Source of the DNA: Blasia pusilla
Lineage: Eukaryota
Assembly: GCA_050084515.1 (NCBI GenBank)
Contig: CM114271.1
Coordinates: 41,168,001 to 41,232,000, forward strand
Reading direction: 5' to 3'
DNA: 64,000 bases
How positions within the stretch are numbered: position 1 is the first letter of the stretch; each line of letters opens with the position of its first letter. Below are positions 51,695 to 64,000 of the stretch, piece by piece. Made by a program: the position numbers and the translations under genes. The notes beneath the pieces are model-generated. The model did not search any database and had not been told where the DNA came from. It saw only the letters and a list, made by a program, of their open reading frames with translations.

Positions 51695-53088
51695 TGTCGT
51701 GTCAAGAGCTTTTCTTCGAGTAAGGGCGTACCTTCTAGTTGTGATCGTCATTGATGCAAGATGAATTACCTCATAAGTGTCCCTATTTAGTATAGAATCA
51801 CTATATATATTCTCCATTCTCTTAGGATAGGAATCATAAATAGTAGTGTTGAGGCGATCACCTCTTCATAGTACCTAACCATAAAATTCCTAAGTATGAA
51901 GATTCTATAAACTACTTTGTGTTTGTACACAAGGAAAATAACGCAAAAGTTATTGAATCCTACTTAAGGAGGTCTATTTACATCCATAGATTGCTAAAAA
52001 GGACAATCCAAAATTCTTCCGCAGGTGATAATAGGAAGTATCACCAGAGTCGGAGATTGCATATCTTAGTTCATGAATGCCTCTCCAAAGTGGTAGACTG
52101 GATAATGAGTAAACCAATACGTTACCCCAAGAGGAATTTTACGTGGTATAGGTTAAGAAAAGGGAGTTAGGTGCTAGTCGCGCTGTACCCCTATCTATGA
52201 TTCATGAACATCTTCTATCCTCCTCTCTGTCCCTATAGAAATATAGAACACCGGCGATTGCTACACATACTCCCTTAGAATCACATAACACTAATTTCCC
52301 AAAAATCAATCTACACTCGTTAATTTCTCACTCCTCAAGAAAGATTAGAATCGAGTTGTTCTTCTAAGAGGGAGAATCCACTCTCATGGAAGAGTAACCA
52401 AGTCCTAATCCATTCATTATCTGAAGAAAAACAAAGGAACTCTTCTAAGATAACAAGTTTCTCCAAATAGTCATCTCCACTCATATGAGACTCACAAACT
52501 CCTAAAGAATAGATTATGACGAAGTCACGCTCCCATGGTAATCCACTCTCATTGGAAAAGCAAGCAAGCTTTATGTCATCCATTCAAGAGTGACAAGAGA
52601 AACTCAAGAAATTAAGTTACTGTTCAATGTAGTGAACCCTTGAAGTTCCTTTCTCTTTATATCCTCATAAGGAATCCAGAAGAGTACAAAATAAGACCAA
52701 TCTTATCTTGTGCCACATGACTTCTTCTCAAGGCTTAGCCAATTGCACTTTGACACACATAGAAAAAAAATTTCCTCCTAAAATCTCCTCATAAATCAAC
52801 TTTATATCCTTCAAACTACCCCAACTTTCCTAACCTTCACTTCTTCACCAACCAAGACTACTTTAGTTTTAGTTTCACTAATACACCAACCCACTACTTT
52901 ATTTTTATATTTCCCATGATTCATTTATTACCTCTTTTTGTAGAGTTGGGCCCGCACAAATGAGACATCATTAAGAGATTTAAACATTAAATTTTATTTT
53001 CTTGAGTTAATTACTTAACAATTATAAAAACTCTCTCTAATATTAATAAGAGTGAAATGTACATGTTGGATCATTTTACTGCACGACA
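51695..53088 (-). mobile_element. Family C solo LTR, older/diverged
   Basis: TGTCGTGTCAAGAGC...TGCACGACA termini, colinear with other C LTRs. No clear TSD. Confidence 0.8.
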
Positions 53089-53099
53089 TCGCATATACT

Positions 53100-53870
53100 T
53101 CAACTTTCATATTTTTTTTAGCTATCCTTGGAGAGAGGCTAGTGACTCCATATTCGTGGGAGCTATTCAAGCATCATCACCAGCTTGCTCAAGCGCCTCC
53201 CTCGAACGATTCATCTATCCTTCCATCGACAACTCTCTTCACAATTCCTCTAAACATGTTGTACAGATTCTTGGATTCTTTCACAAGAATGGTTATGCCT
53301 ACCATCAGCAGCGGAGGGATCATTGTCTTCGCCTTTAGCCTTGATCATCCAATCTCCGCGCGTAGTCTCTCTAACTCATGGGATTCCTTTATCACAATTG
53401 GAGGTGAGCTCTTTTCCAAGGATTGTCTCAATCCTTTTGCTCCGCTTGGAAATCCCCCCACCAGACAGGACATCTCCTTCCTCAAAGCATCACATCCCTT
53501 AATATAGTCCTTTGCTTTACGACTTGCATCTCTCCATTATTTTCCATTCTATGCTTCTTCCATCCTGCGTTGTTATACTTATGCAACAACTTCTTCTTTC
53601 GTTCATCTGTTTTCAAGCCTACCTCTCCACCTTGTAGATCTCTTTCTCCCAACCCCCAATAGAAATGGAATCCATCCTCCACCTTCATGCAAACTTGGAT
53701 GCCTCCTATCCTCTTCTTTTACGTGATTACACTTTGCTTGTTCGCACGCAATGTGCAAGCCTTCTAAGAAGCCCTATTAGACTTTGCATACTCCACCTTC
53801 AATCCCTTAGGAGAAGGATGTGTCACCATTTTCCTCCACTCTTCACTTGAAATCCTCACCGCATTGTTCT
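53100..53870 (-). pseudogene. Highly decayed retroelement coding remnant (possibly integrase Zn-binding region)
   Basis: Minus-strand KDYIKGCDA-like motif near 53500; otherwise heavily disrupted. Confidence 0.3.
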
Positions 53871-53876
53871 CGTTTG

Positions 53877-55028
53877 TGTCACATCTGAATAGCCGATAGG
53901 CCGAGATCTATCATGGATAGGGCATAGGAGCCAACGGACTGTCTTGAGTATAACTTTGTCTCGAGGTGTCCGATAAGGTTCAGGATACGTTGTTTCTGAC
54001 CACTTTCTTGTTGAGGTCTTTCACAGTCGGATGACTTGTTGCGCAGGTCACCCGCCCCTGGTAACTTGTACGCGAAGGTTAATTACCAAGAGGATATATA
54101 TTTTTAGAGGAAGAGCCTTTTGGCTCTTCCCAACCCTATATAAGGGAGGAAGATGGCTTTCCCAAGCCATCTTCCTTCTTCGTTTTTGCTCGTGTGTGTG
54201 AGTTACGACTGAGTGCTAGCGTTTGGATTCCTTCATAGCATAGGGTGGACGAGGCTCAATATTCCGATGTAGATTGAGGAATGGAGTTTTAGGCCGGGTG
54301 TGCCATTTTTACAACTCTTTATTTTTACATGAGAAAGATGTCGAGGAGTAGGTGGGAATTCGTTGTTTGTAGGTAGGCAAGCGAGTTGCCTCAGTGGGGA
54401 GCCACTGGATACGCTGGTCGGCGTATTGTTGTCATCTTTTTCATTTGAAAGGTTGTGCGCGGAAATGTTGTCCTTTTTTCTTCTTAGATCTTGTTGGTAT
54501 GGGTAACAAGGGACAGCAACAGAGTGGGGGTCGAGCATGAACGCTTAGGTACATCGTAGAGTACTGTTGGAGCATCGAGAGAACAACACATAGCATGAAT
54601 GTTGAGAGAGAAGCAGGTTGAGGGCTTGAAGCCGTCGGGGAGCTATCAAGTAAAGGCAGCTAGGGCTAGGGCGCGAACAGCTAGCTAGGGTTAGGTCGCG
54701 AGACTCTGGGGCAGGGAGTGGTGGCCAAAGCGCGCATAGGGCGGCGAGCCGCGACCCTTGGCCATGACCCTCCCCTTCCCACGTTTATTCCCTCCCCCTC
54801 CCTGCAAGAGTTCCGTAGGGGCGCAGGCCAAGGACCTGTGTCAAGCCCCTCCCTCCACACGTTTAATCCCCCCTCTCCCCGCAAGAGTTCCATAGGGGCG
54901 CAGCCAAGGGTCCCTGTCAGACCCCCCCCTCCCGCCTCTACTACTTTTTGGCAGGGTTTCATAGGGCCGCGGGTGGCCCATGCCGCAATTAGGGCCTAAC
55001 TAGCCCCCTTGGACGTGGTTGGGAGCGT
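53877..55028 (+). mobile_element. Family B LTR/leader
   Basis: Starts TGTCACATC. Reverse complement homolog of 27672-26580. TATA box at ~54137. GC-rich ~75-bp tandem duplication at ~54770-54920. Confidence 0.8.
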
Positions 55029-56140
55029 TGTCGTATCAAGAACCTTTCTTCGAGTAAGGACGGACTTTCTAGCTACAGCAGACGTGGATGATGCAAGTCA
55101 AACTCTATAAGAATTTCTCCTTTTTCAGTACAAAATTATTATGTAAACCCTCCATTCTCTCACGACAGGAATCACAAAAGGTATTGCCGAGGCGATAACT
55201 TCTTCATAACATGGAACCCCAAAATTCATAATTATGAAATCCCTGTAAACTACTTTATATTTGTATATTATGAAAATAGCACAAGTAGTATTAAACCCTA
55301 CTCGAGCAGGCCTATTGACGTCCATGAATAGCTATATAAGGACATACAAAATGTAATCCCATGTCCTTCCGTACGTGACTATAGGAAGAATCACCGAAGT
55401 TTGAGATTGCATGACTTGGTCCATGAACACGTCCATAAAATGATAAACTAGATAGAGAGTGAACTAGTGCCTATCTACAAAGAGAATCTTGACGTGGTAC
55501 AAGTTAAGGAAAGGAAAATCCGGCACAACTCGTGCTCCATCCCTATCCATATTTGACAAACATCCTCTACTCTCCTTTAGAATGGGATTTGGCGGAATTG
55601 CTCTCCCAAAAGGGGTAATCCACTCTCACATGGAAAATAACAAGCCAAACCATCCTCTATTTCTAATATGACTAAACTCATCTAAGGTGACAAGTCTCTC
55701 ATCTCCACATATACCACATTCTAGAAACCTCTCGAAGAATAGACCAAGGTCAAGTTACCTCTCCCAAAAGGGTTAATCCACTCTCATTAGAAGAGCAAGC
55801 AATCCCAAAGCCATACACTCAATAGTAACACGAGAAACTCAAGATGTGAAATAGAAGGTGATGAACCCTTGAAGGTCCCTACTCTTTATATACTCACAAG
55901 GATCCATAAGAGTACAAAATGGGGCTAATCTTATCTTGTGCCACATGGCTACCTCTCAATGCTTAGCCAATCATATTTTGACACAAGTAGATTTTCTCTT
56001 ATTTCTTCCAAAATATTCTCGTTTACTCCCTCCATATCTTCCAAATTACCCCACCAACCTTAGCCACCAACCAAGACTACTTTTGTTTTTCATTAAAGCA
56101 CCAACCCCAATACTTTACTTTTCTAATCTCATCTTTTATT
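55029..56140 (-). mobile_element. Family C LTR (truncated)
   Basis: TGTCGTATCAAG terminus at 55029; colinear with 36961-38050. Confidence 0.85.
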
Positions 56141-56144
56141 TTTG

Positions 56145-59100
56145 TAATATACAAATGTAAAGTAGTTTACAGGGATTTTATAATTATGAATTTTGGGGTT
56201 CCATGTAATGAAGAAGTGATCGCCTCGACGCTACCTTTTGTGATTCCTGTCGTAGAGAATGGAGGGTTTACATAATAATTCTCTAGTGAAAAAGGATAAA
56301 TTCTTATAGAGTTTGACTTGCATCAACCACGTCTGCTGTATCTAGAAGGTATGTCCTTAATCAAAGAAAGGCTCTCGACACGAGAAATGGTGCTTCAATT
56401 GAGAGATCTTTGAGGAGGTAGATTGTGTTTGCAAGTTGAAGTCTTATCAAGATGACTACTTCTGGGAGTACTTCATCAATGGGAACTGAGGGAGCTGAGG
56501 ATCTTCTATAAACTTTGACAACATTATTGAGCCAACAAGGAGAAGTTTACAGAGGAGAGCAAAGATCAACAAGGGCTCTCCCAGCGATTGTAAAGAAGTT
56601 GGAAGATTTGATGGCAGAAATATCACCAAGTATATTTGAGAGTACGTCTGAGAGATAGAGGTTAACCGAGTACCCGAAGGTGATATGGTGTGAAGTTTTG
56701 AGTTAGCTGTAATATTGGAGATGCGGAGTCAAGTAAAGAAGTTGAGAGCAGAAAATCCAACCTCGTGGGAGGAGTATGAGCAGTTGGTGAAAGGAGAATT
56801 CTTCGATGATGATGTGGATCGAATGACTAAGAGGAGTTTTCTAGAATGGATAGAGCAACGTCCAGGGAAGGGAATGACTCAAAATGAATTGTTGCGTGAG
56901 TTTGAGAAGTGGTTTTTTCAGCTTTCTTCTTCTAAAAGGGCAACTCTAGACTTGAGGAAAACTAAGTTATTCCTTGAGGCGACTGATGAGAATTTGGAGG
57001 ACAAGCTTTTCATAATTTTGGCGGACAAGACCGAAGAAGGAAGTGTCAACACTAATTGCAAGAAAGTGGAATAAGTTGTTGCTATCCTCACAAAGCAAAT
57101 TCAAAGTAGAGGTAGAACTGCACTATTCAAGTCGGAGGTATTAATTTCAAATCCACTGCCTAAGTCCATGTCAGCAAAGCTTGAAGATTATGCCATTGAT
57201 GAGTTGGTGAAAGGTTTGAGAGAGTTACGAATATAAATATTTGAGCTTAAACTTGATAGGAATCCTAGTGTTGGTGTTCCTTCAATAAGTAGGAACTTTG
57301 TGAGAAGATGTATATGGTGTGATAGTGTTGAGCATCAACGTCAAGAATGTGAGGAGTTTTCAGAAGCTCTTAGGAATGGAATAGTAAAATTCAAAGACGG
57401 GAAGATTCATTCAATGCATAGTGATATGCCATTGAATACTAACTTTAGTAGAGGAGGAATGAAAGGCTTAGTGAGAATTCAAGTAGGAGTTGCCACTACG
57501 ACATTAGATTCTGATACCTTTGCAGTAAAAATAGAAGTGCTTATTGTATCTGTAGCTAAAAGTGAATCATTACAATTTCCTCCAGAAGTGATGATACGAA
57601 GGGTAGAGACTATCCGTCGTTTAACTGGATGGGATGATCCAATGGAAGATCGATGTGTTAAAGCATATCTAGCACAAGATAAATATGTGAGTTGGCAAGA
57701 TGCTAGTGTGGAGGAGAAGAGGAGACGCAATAATGATGGTGTTGATCCTGAGGACACTGCAAAAAGAGCGAGGACCGCAAGAAGGAAAGGGCAACCAGAG
57801 GCGCAACCATCAAGAGAATAAGGGCCTTCTACATCTGAATCTATGATGGATTCTCATATGAAAGAAGGTGGAATGAAGGAGAAAGAATTGAGGTCTTCTC
57901 AGAAGACTAAGGGTAAGACTCCTACATACAAGTTACAATCTGATATAGAGACAAGCACGAATTTGAAGGAGATTCTTGAGGAGAGGATGTTGGATGCAAA
58001 AATAGAGTTTTCTCAGAGGGAAGTCTTGGGCATAGCCAAACGTGACTTTCATAAGTTGATTATGGATGTGATCAAAAGGAAAAGGCATATGGCTGCAGAT
58101 ATGGTGATGGTGAGGACATTGGATACTAATATCACAAAAGAAGAAGATGAAGAGCTTTGCCAAGTTTTTGGAAAAAGCTTGACTTACAAGGAGAAGAGGC
58201 GAAAGTAGGAGAAGCCTTGACACAACAAGGTGAGGAAAGGCAGAATGGTGGACACTTTTCTTGGTCAAATTGGGTTCGTGCAACGATGGAGGCTAGAGTT
58301 CGACCCAACTCTCTCCAAGAGTCAGTTCTGGCTCTCGTTGATCATGGTTTGGAGATCAACATCATGTCGCGAAAGTGTATACGACAAAGGGATATGGCCA
58401 ATTGATACACGGCATTGATGAGTACTACGTGCGGCTAACAACCAAAAAGGTGAACTCTACGGTGCTTGTCCAACCGTCAAAACTTATATCCGAGATGTGT
58501 TGATTGAGCAAAATTTCTTTGTTGAAAATGGAGCTACTTATCCTATGATTCTTGGGCAACCTTACATCACAGTATCTAGAATGGAGACCAAAGTCATGGA
58601 TGATGGATCTCATTATGCCCGTATCAGAAGTCAGGATGGAACGAGATCGGTTTAATTCCTTATTATACGAGTTGGTCGTGAAAGGAATAGAGAGAAGTTG
58701 AGAGATGGCCCAATTAAGATAGAGAAAGAGTTTTCAGATTTTAAGTTAGCACTCTTGTAGAGCGGGAATATGGGAGTGCAAAGAAAAGAAAGAGTCTTCC
58801 GCTAGTAGAGGGGAAAGAATCATATATGTTTTGGTATGGGTTTTCTCAATGTTTTTCTTCATGGTCTAGTAGAATCCAAATGATGAAAGAAATGAATGAA
58901 AAGAAAAGACATTTTCTGAAGAAAAAAAAAGGGTTTGTTAAAATGTGAGGGTGTTCTATTAGATGAAGAGTTCATTAGTGGGATGTATGAAGAAGAGGAT
59001 TTTGGAGATAGTCTTGAAGAGGTGTTTATCCATATGAGCAACGATTCGTTGGATACAAGTGTGATTAAAATTCACTCGCGTGGGTTCCATGAAGAAATAT

Positions 59101-60025
59101 CAAGGTTCATGGAAGGAGAAAATGGATATGAATCTACGGAGAAGGAAGCGGATGGGCACGAGTTTGAGGCTGACGAACATCTCATGGAGGCTCAAATGCA
59201 CAAAAAATACAAGACGATGGCCCGGAAGATGAAACCAATGGCTACTCAACTACCGGAGGGTTGTGGAAAACAAGTAGAACATGCATCAATGAAGCCAAGT
59301 CTGCGGGATATCAAGAAGATAGGACACAAATTCACAGAAGAGACGATAGATCGTCTGCAATTGGAGGGGGTGAGTTTCTCACAGAAATTGAAAGGAAAAG
59401 CTTTGAGGAAATGTTAAGGAGACATGGTAAGGTCTTCTCTTTTACTACACAAGAAATTGGTTGTGTAGACACGAGTGTGATGGCACCGATGGTAATTCTC
59501 ATAGTTCCACATGTACCTTGGGATTTGAAACCCATACAAATATCACGAGCTATGATTCCCAAGCTAATTGAGTTATTGAAGGAGAAGATGCAAATAGGTA
59601 TCTTAGAGCTATCTATGGGGCCTTACTTGAGTCGATGGTTCACTATGCCGAATAAATCATAAGCTCTCCTGGAAGAGATGAAGTCGCATAAGCTTTTGTA
59701 GCCCGTGCTATCTATTCAATAGGAGATTTGCACTCGAGATATGATCAATTCCAATGAGCTATGGAGAGTAGAGATATTACTACTATGCGCACTCCACTTG
59801 GGCTTGTAAGAATGTGTACATTACCTCAAGAAGCAACAAATTCTGTCGCTCACATGTAGAGTGCAATGAATAAGATCTTGAGAGAATTCATTCCTTTTGT
59901 AGATGATATTCCTATAAAGGGATGTGCAATAGAAGATAGGATTGAGAGGGTTGTAAAAGATTGATGTAGAAAGTTTATGTCTAATCATATTCGTGATATG
60001 GATAGGGTCCTAATAAGACTAGAAG
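56145..60025 (+). mobile_element. Family C Ty3/gypsy copy 1: LTR 3' end (56145-56385), PBS (56388-56405), gag, zinc knuckle, protease, partial RT
   Basis: RRCIWCDSVEHQRQEC (CCHC knuckle); VLALVDHGLEINIMS protease; VPHVPWDLKPI...LKEKMQIGILE...PY.SRWF and FVDDIPIKG RT motifs. Many stops. Confidence 0.88.
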
Positions 60026-63000
60026 CTCCATTTTGAACAAAGAAATTTTGCTCAATCAACACATCTCGGATACAAGTTTTGACGGTTGGACAAGCACCGT
60101 AGAGTTTACCTTTTTGGTTGTTAGCCGCATGTAGTACCCATGCATGCCTTGTATCAATTGGCCACATCCCTTTATCGTATACACTTTGCGACATGATGTT
60201 GATCTCCAAACCATGATCAACAAGAGCCCTAATTGACTCTTGAAGAGAACCAAGTCGAACTCTAGCCTCCATCATTGCACGCGCCCAATATGACTTAGAA
60301 TAGTGTCCACCATTGTGCCTTGTTCCATCAAGGCTTCTCCTACTCTCACCTCTTCTCCCCGTAACTCAAGCTTTTATCCAAAAACTTGGCAAAGCTCTTC
60401 ATCTTCTTCTTCTGTGATGTCAGTATTCAAAGCCCTCACCATCACCATATCTGCAGTCATTTGCCTCTTCCTTTTCATCACATCTATGATCAACTCATGA
60501 AAGTCACGTTTGGCTATGCCCAAGACTTCCCTTAGAGAAAATTATATTTTTGCATCCAAAATCCTCTCCTCAAGAATCTCCTTCAAATTCGTGTTTGTCT
60601 CGATATCAGACTGCAGCTTGTATGTAGGAGTCTTACCCTTGGTCTTCTGAGGAGACCTCAATTCATTCTCTTTCATCCCGACTACTTTGATATGAGAATC
60701 CCTCATAGATTCAAATGTGGAAGGTCCTTCTTCTCTTGATGGCTGCTCCTCCGCTTACCCTTTCCTTCTTGTGGCCCTCGCTTTTCTTGCAGCTTCATCA
60801 GGATCAACACCATCATTATCGCGTCTCCTCTTCTCCTCCACACTAGCATCTTGCCAACTCACATATTTCTCTTGTGCTAGGTATGCTTTAACACACCCAA
60901 CTTCCAGTGGATCATCCCATCCAGTCACATGACGGATAGTCTCTGCCCCTTGTATCATCACTTATCGAGGAAATTCTAATGATTCACTTTTAGCTAAAGA
61001 TACAATAGGCGCTTGTATTTTTAATGCAAAGGTATCATAATCTAATGTCGTAGTGACAACTCCTACTTGAATTCTCACTAAGCCTTTCATTCCTCCTCTA
61101 CCAAAGTTGATATTCAACGGCATACTAGTATGCGTTGAAAGAATCTTCCCATCTTTAAAGTTTACTATTCTATTCCTTAAAGCTTCTGAAAACTCCTCGT
61201 ATTCTCGACATTCATGCTCAACACTATCACACCATATACATCTTGTGACAAAGTTTATATTTTGCGAAGCAGCACCAACATTAGGATTCCTATCTAGTTT
61301 AAGCTCTATAATTTATAATCTTAATTCACTCAAACCTTTCACCTAGTCATCTATAGCAAAATCTTCAAGTTTTGTTGAAACGGACTTAGTCAATGGATTT
61401 GAAATTGATACCTCCGACTTGAATAGTGCGGTTCTACCTCTACTTCGATTTTTCTTTGTGAGGATAGCAACAATTCTTCCACTTTATTCCAATTAGTATT
61501 GACACCTCCTTCTTCGGTCTTGTCCGCCAATATTATGAAAAGCTTGTCCTCCAAATTCTCGTTTGCCGCCTCAAGGAATAACTTAGATTTCCTCAAGTCT
61601 AGAGTTGCTCTTCCGGAAGAAGAAAGCTGGAAAACCCGCTTCTTAAACTCACGCAACAATTCATTTGGACTCATTCCCTTCCTTGGACGTTGCTCTATCC
61701 ATTCTAAAAAACTCCTCTTAGTGAGCTGATCCACATCATCATCAAAGAATTCTCCTTTCAGCAACTGCTCATACTTCTCATACGAGGTTGGATTTTCTGC
61801 TCTCAACTTCTTTACTTGACTACAAATCTCTGGTATTACAACTAACTCAAAACTTGACACCATATCACGTTTGGGGACAAGGTTTACCTCCATCTCACAG
61901 ACGTACCCTCGAAGATACCTTATGATGTTCCTCCCATCAAATCTCCCCAACTTCTTTACAATCACTTGAAGAGCCCCTCTTGATCTTTGCTCTCCTCTGT
62001 GAACTCCTCCTTGTCGGCTTAACAATGTTGTCAAAGTTCAGAGAAGATCCTCAGCTCCCTTAGTTCCCATTGATGAATTACTACCAAAAGTAGTCAACTT
62101 GATAAGATTCCAACTTGCAAACACAATCTACCGCCTCAAAGATCTCTTAGTGGAAGCATCATTTATCGTGTTGAGAGCCTTTCTTCGAGTAAGGGGGGGC
62201 CTTCTAGCTACGGCAGACGTGGTCGATGCAATGTGAACTCTCTAGGAAGTTATTTATTTTCAATACAAAATGATTATGTATACTCTCTATTTTCTCACGA
62301 TACGTATCACAAATGGAAGTGCCGAGGCGACCACTTCTTCGTAACATCGGACCCCGAAGTTCCTAACTATAAAATCCCTAAAAAATATTTTACGTTTGTA
62401 TACGAGGAAGATAGCACAACTAGTGTTAAAACTTACTTGAGCAGGCTTATTGACATCCATGGATCGCTATATAAGGACATACAAAGTACAATCCCATGTC
62501 CTTCCATATGTGACAATAGAAAAAATCACCGGAGTTGGAGATCGCATGTTTTGTTTCATGAACGCCTCCCCAAAATGATAAACTAAATAGCAAGTGAACC
62601 AATCCCTATCTACAAAGAGTACATTGACATGGTACGGATTGAGGAAAGGAAAATCAAGCACAACTCCTGCTCCAACCCTATCCATACTTGACATACATTC
62701 TCTACTCTCCTCAAGAATAGGTTTTGCGGAATTATTCTCCCCCAAGAGGGATAATCCACTCTCATTGGGAAAATGACAAGCCAAGACATTCACTATTTTA
62801 GTATGACTAAACTCCTCTAAGGTGACAAGCCTCTCATCTCCACACACCCCACACTCTAGGAACCTCTCAAAGAATAGACCATGGTCAAGTTACTCTCCCA
62901 AGAGGGGTGACCCATTCTTTTTAGAAAAGTAAGCAATCCCAAAGCAATACACTCAAGAGTGACACGAGAGACTCAAGATATGAAATAGAAGGTGATGAAC

Positions 63001-63440
63001 CCTTGAAGGTCCCTCCTCTTGATATATTCACCAGGGATCCACAAGAGTACAAAATAGAACTAATCTTATCTTGTCTCACATGGTTTCCTATCAAGGCTTA
63101 GCCAATCATATTTTGACACAAGTAGATTACCTCTTATATCTTCCAAAATATCCTCTTTTACCCATTTGATATTTTCCAAATTACCTCAACTAGCCTAGCC
63201 ACCAACCAATACTACTTTTGTTTTTCATTAAAGCACCAACTTCACTACTTTACTTTTATAAAGTCATATTTTATTTATTATCTCTTTTCCTAAAGTTGGG
63301 CCCGCATAAAAGAGACATCATAAAGAGGTTTAAACATGGGAATTTCCTTTTTTGTAAACTAATTTACTTAATAATATAAAATTCTATCTAACACTTAATG
63401 AGGAAGGAGTTTACACACTGATTGATTTTACTATACGACA
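60012..63440 (-). mobile_element. Family C Ty3/gypsy copy 2: full 5' LTR (63440-62164), degenerate PBS, gag, protease
   Basis: ORFs 61390-62034, 60755-60961 and 59985-60275 are paralogous to copy 1. LTR termini intact. Confidence 0.88.
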
Positions 63441-64000
63441 ACGTGGCGAGATTGGTCTAGAGGTATCCTAAGTTCTTGTCGGTATCTGCAGTACGCAGAT
63501 ATCAGCATACACTACTGGCCGATATCTCTTTAGTAGGGCCGCATGATATGGATAGAGTTTGCACCATTCATTTGGTGATTACTCGATGGCCATATAAAGG
63601 TGGTTCATCAGCTGGCCGAGGGTTTGGATTGCAAGATCCGAGGTCAGGGATGTTTTGGGAGATGTTGTGAGTAGTACAACACTTGCAGAAGAGTCAGACA
63701 TGTTCTACGACGTACATTTTGGAGAACTTGCCATTGTTGGGAGACACTCGTGCATGTGTGATGACGAGTATGCATCAGCTCAAGTCTTGGTTAGGACCTG
63801 CTGTGTTGTTGGATGCAGCGAGAGTTGGATCACGCGCCCATCGTCCATCGCTGTGGTGGACAAACTTGATACCATAAGAGGTACTGAGTCGAGCATACAA
63901 TGGAGTTCAGAGAGCACTACATCTCATAGTGGATGCTATTCTTGGCTTAGGCCGTCGATCTCACGTAGTGATGCGGAATGATAGACTACCGTTGGCGATA
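63441..64000 (+). pseudogene. Second copy of the retrotransposon DNMT domain (motifs III-VIII; runs off window)
   Basis: LLADISL...HLVITRWPYKGGSSAGRGFGLQDPRSGMFWEML...YILENL...LLDAARVGSRAHRPSLWWTNLIP. Colinear with 30768-31320. Confidence 0.9.

Noticed and set aside
62233-62847. Similar short ORFs recurring at 37249, 52335, 55125, 55489 and 62467
   Set aside because: They recur only because they lie in copies of the family C LTR; frames are not preserved and no domain is recognisable.
55024-63445. 55029-63440 as a single intact family C element
   Set aside because: Flanks (agcgt / acgtg) come from non-adjacent parts of the host element, and the interior holds two opposed partial copies.

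Overview
Eukaryotic, non-seed land-plant-like genomic DNA (bryophyte-like; this assignment is inference). Two host genes lie on the minus strand. One is a DmX-like/RAVE-subunit WD40 gene with 9 coding exons visible at 16278-7232; its C-terminal WD40 exons appear to lie left of the window beyond an intron of at least 7 kb. The other is a complete peroxisomal glycolate oxidase with 5 coding exons at 48396-46602, ending in -SRL. Between and after them (about 18.6-45 kb and 51.7-64 kb) are nests of decayed LTR retrotransposons: one Ty1/copia, a chromodomain Ty3/gypsy (family E), a tRNA-Thr-primed Ty3/gypsy with ~1.3-kb LTRs (family C), and a Ty3/gypsy group (families B/D). The B/D polyprotein carries a full DNMT3-like cytosine-5 DNA methyltransferase domain between protease and reverse transcriptase; two pseudogenised DNMT copies are visible at 30643-31560 and 63441-64000. 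Target-site duplications show that the 22.7-30.3 kb block was inverted after insertion. Undoing this restores an LTR-to-LTR copia and a contiguous gag-PR-DNMT-RT element. Several breakpoints and insertion sites fall on the same (A)ACGT motif.
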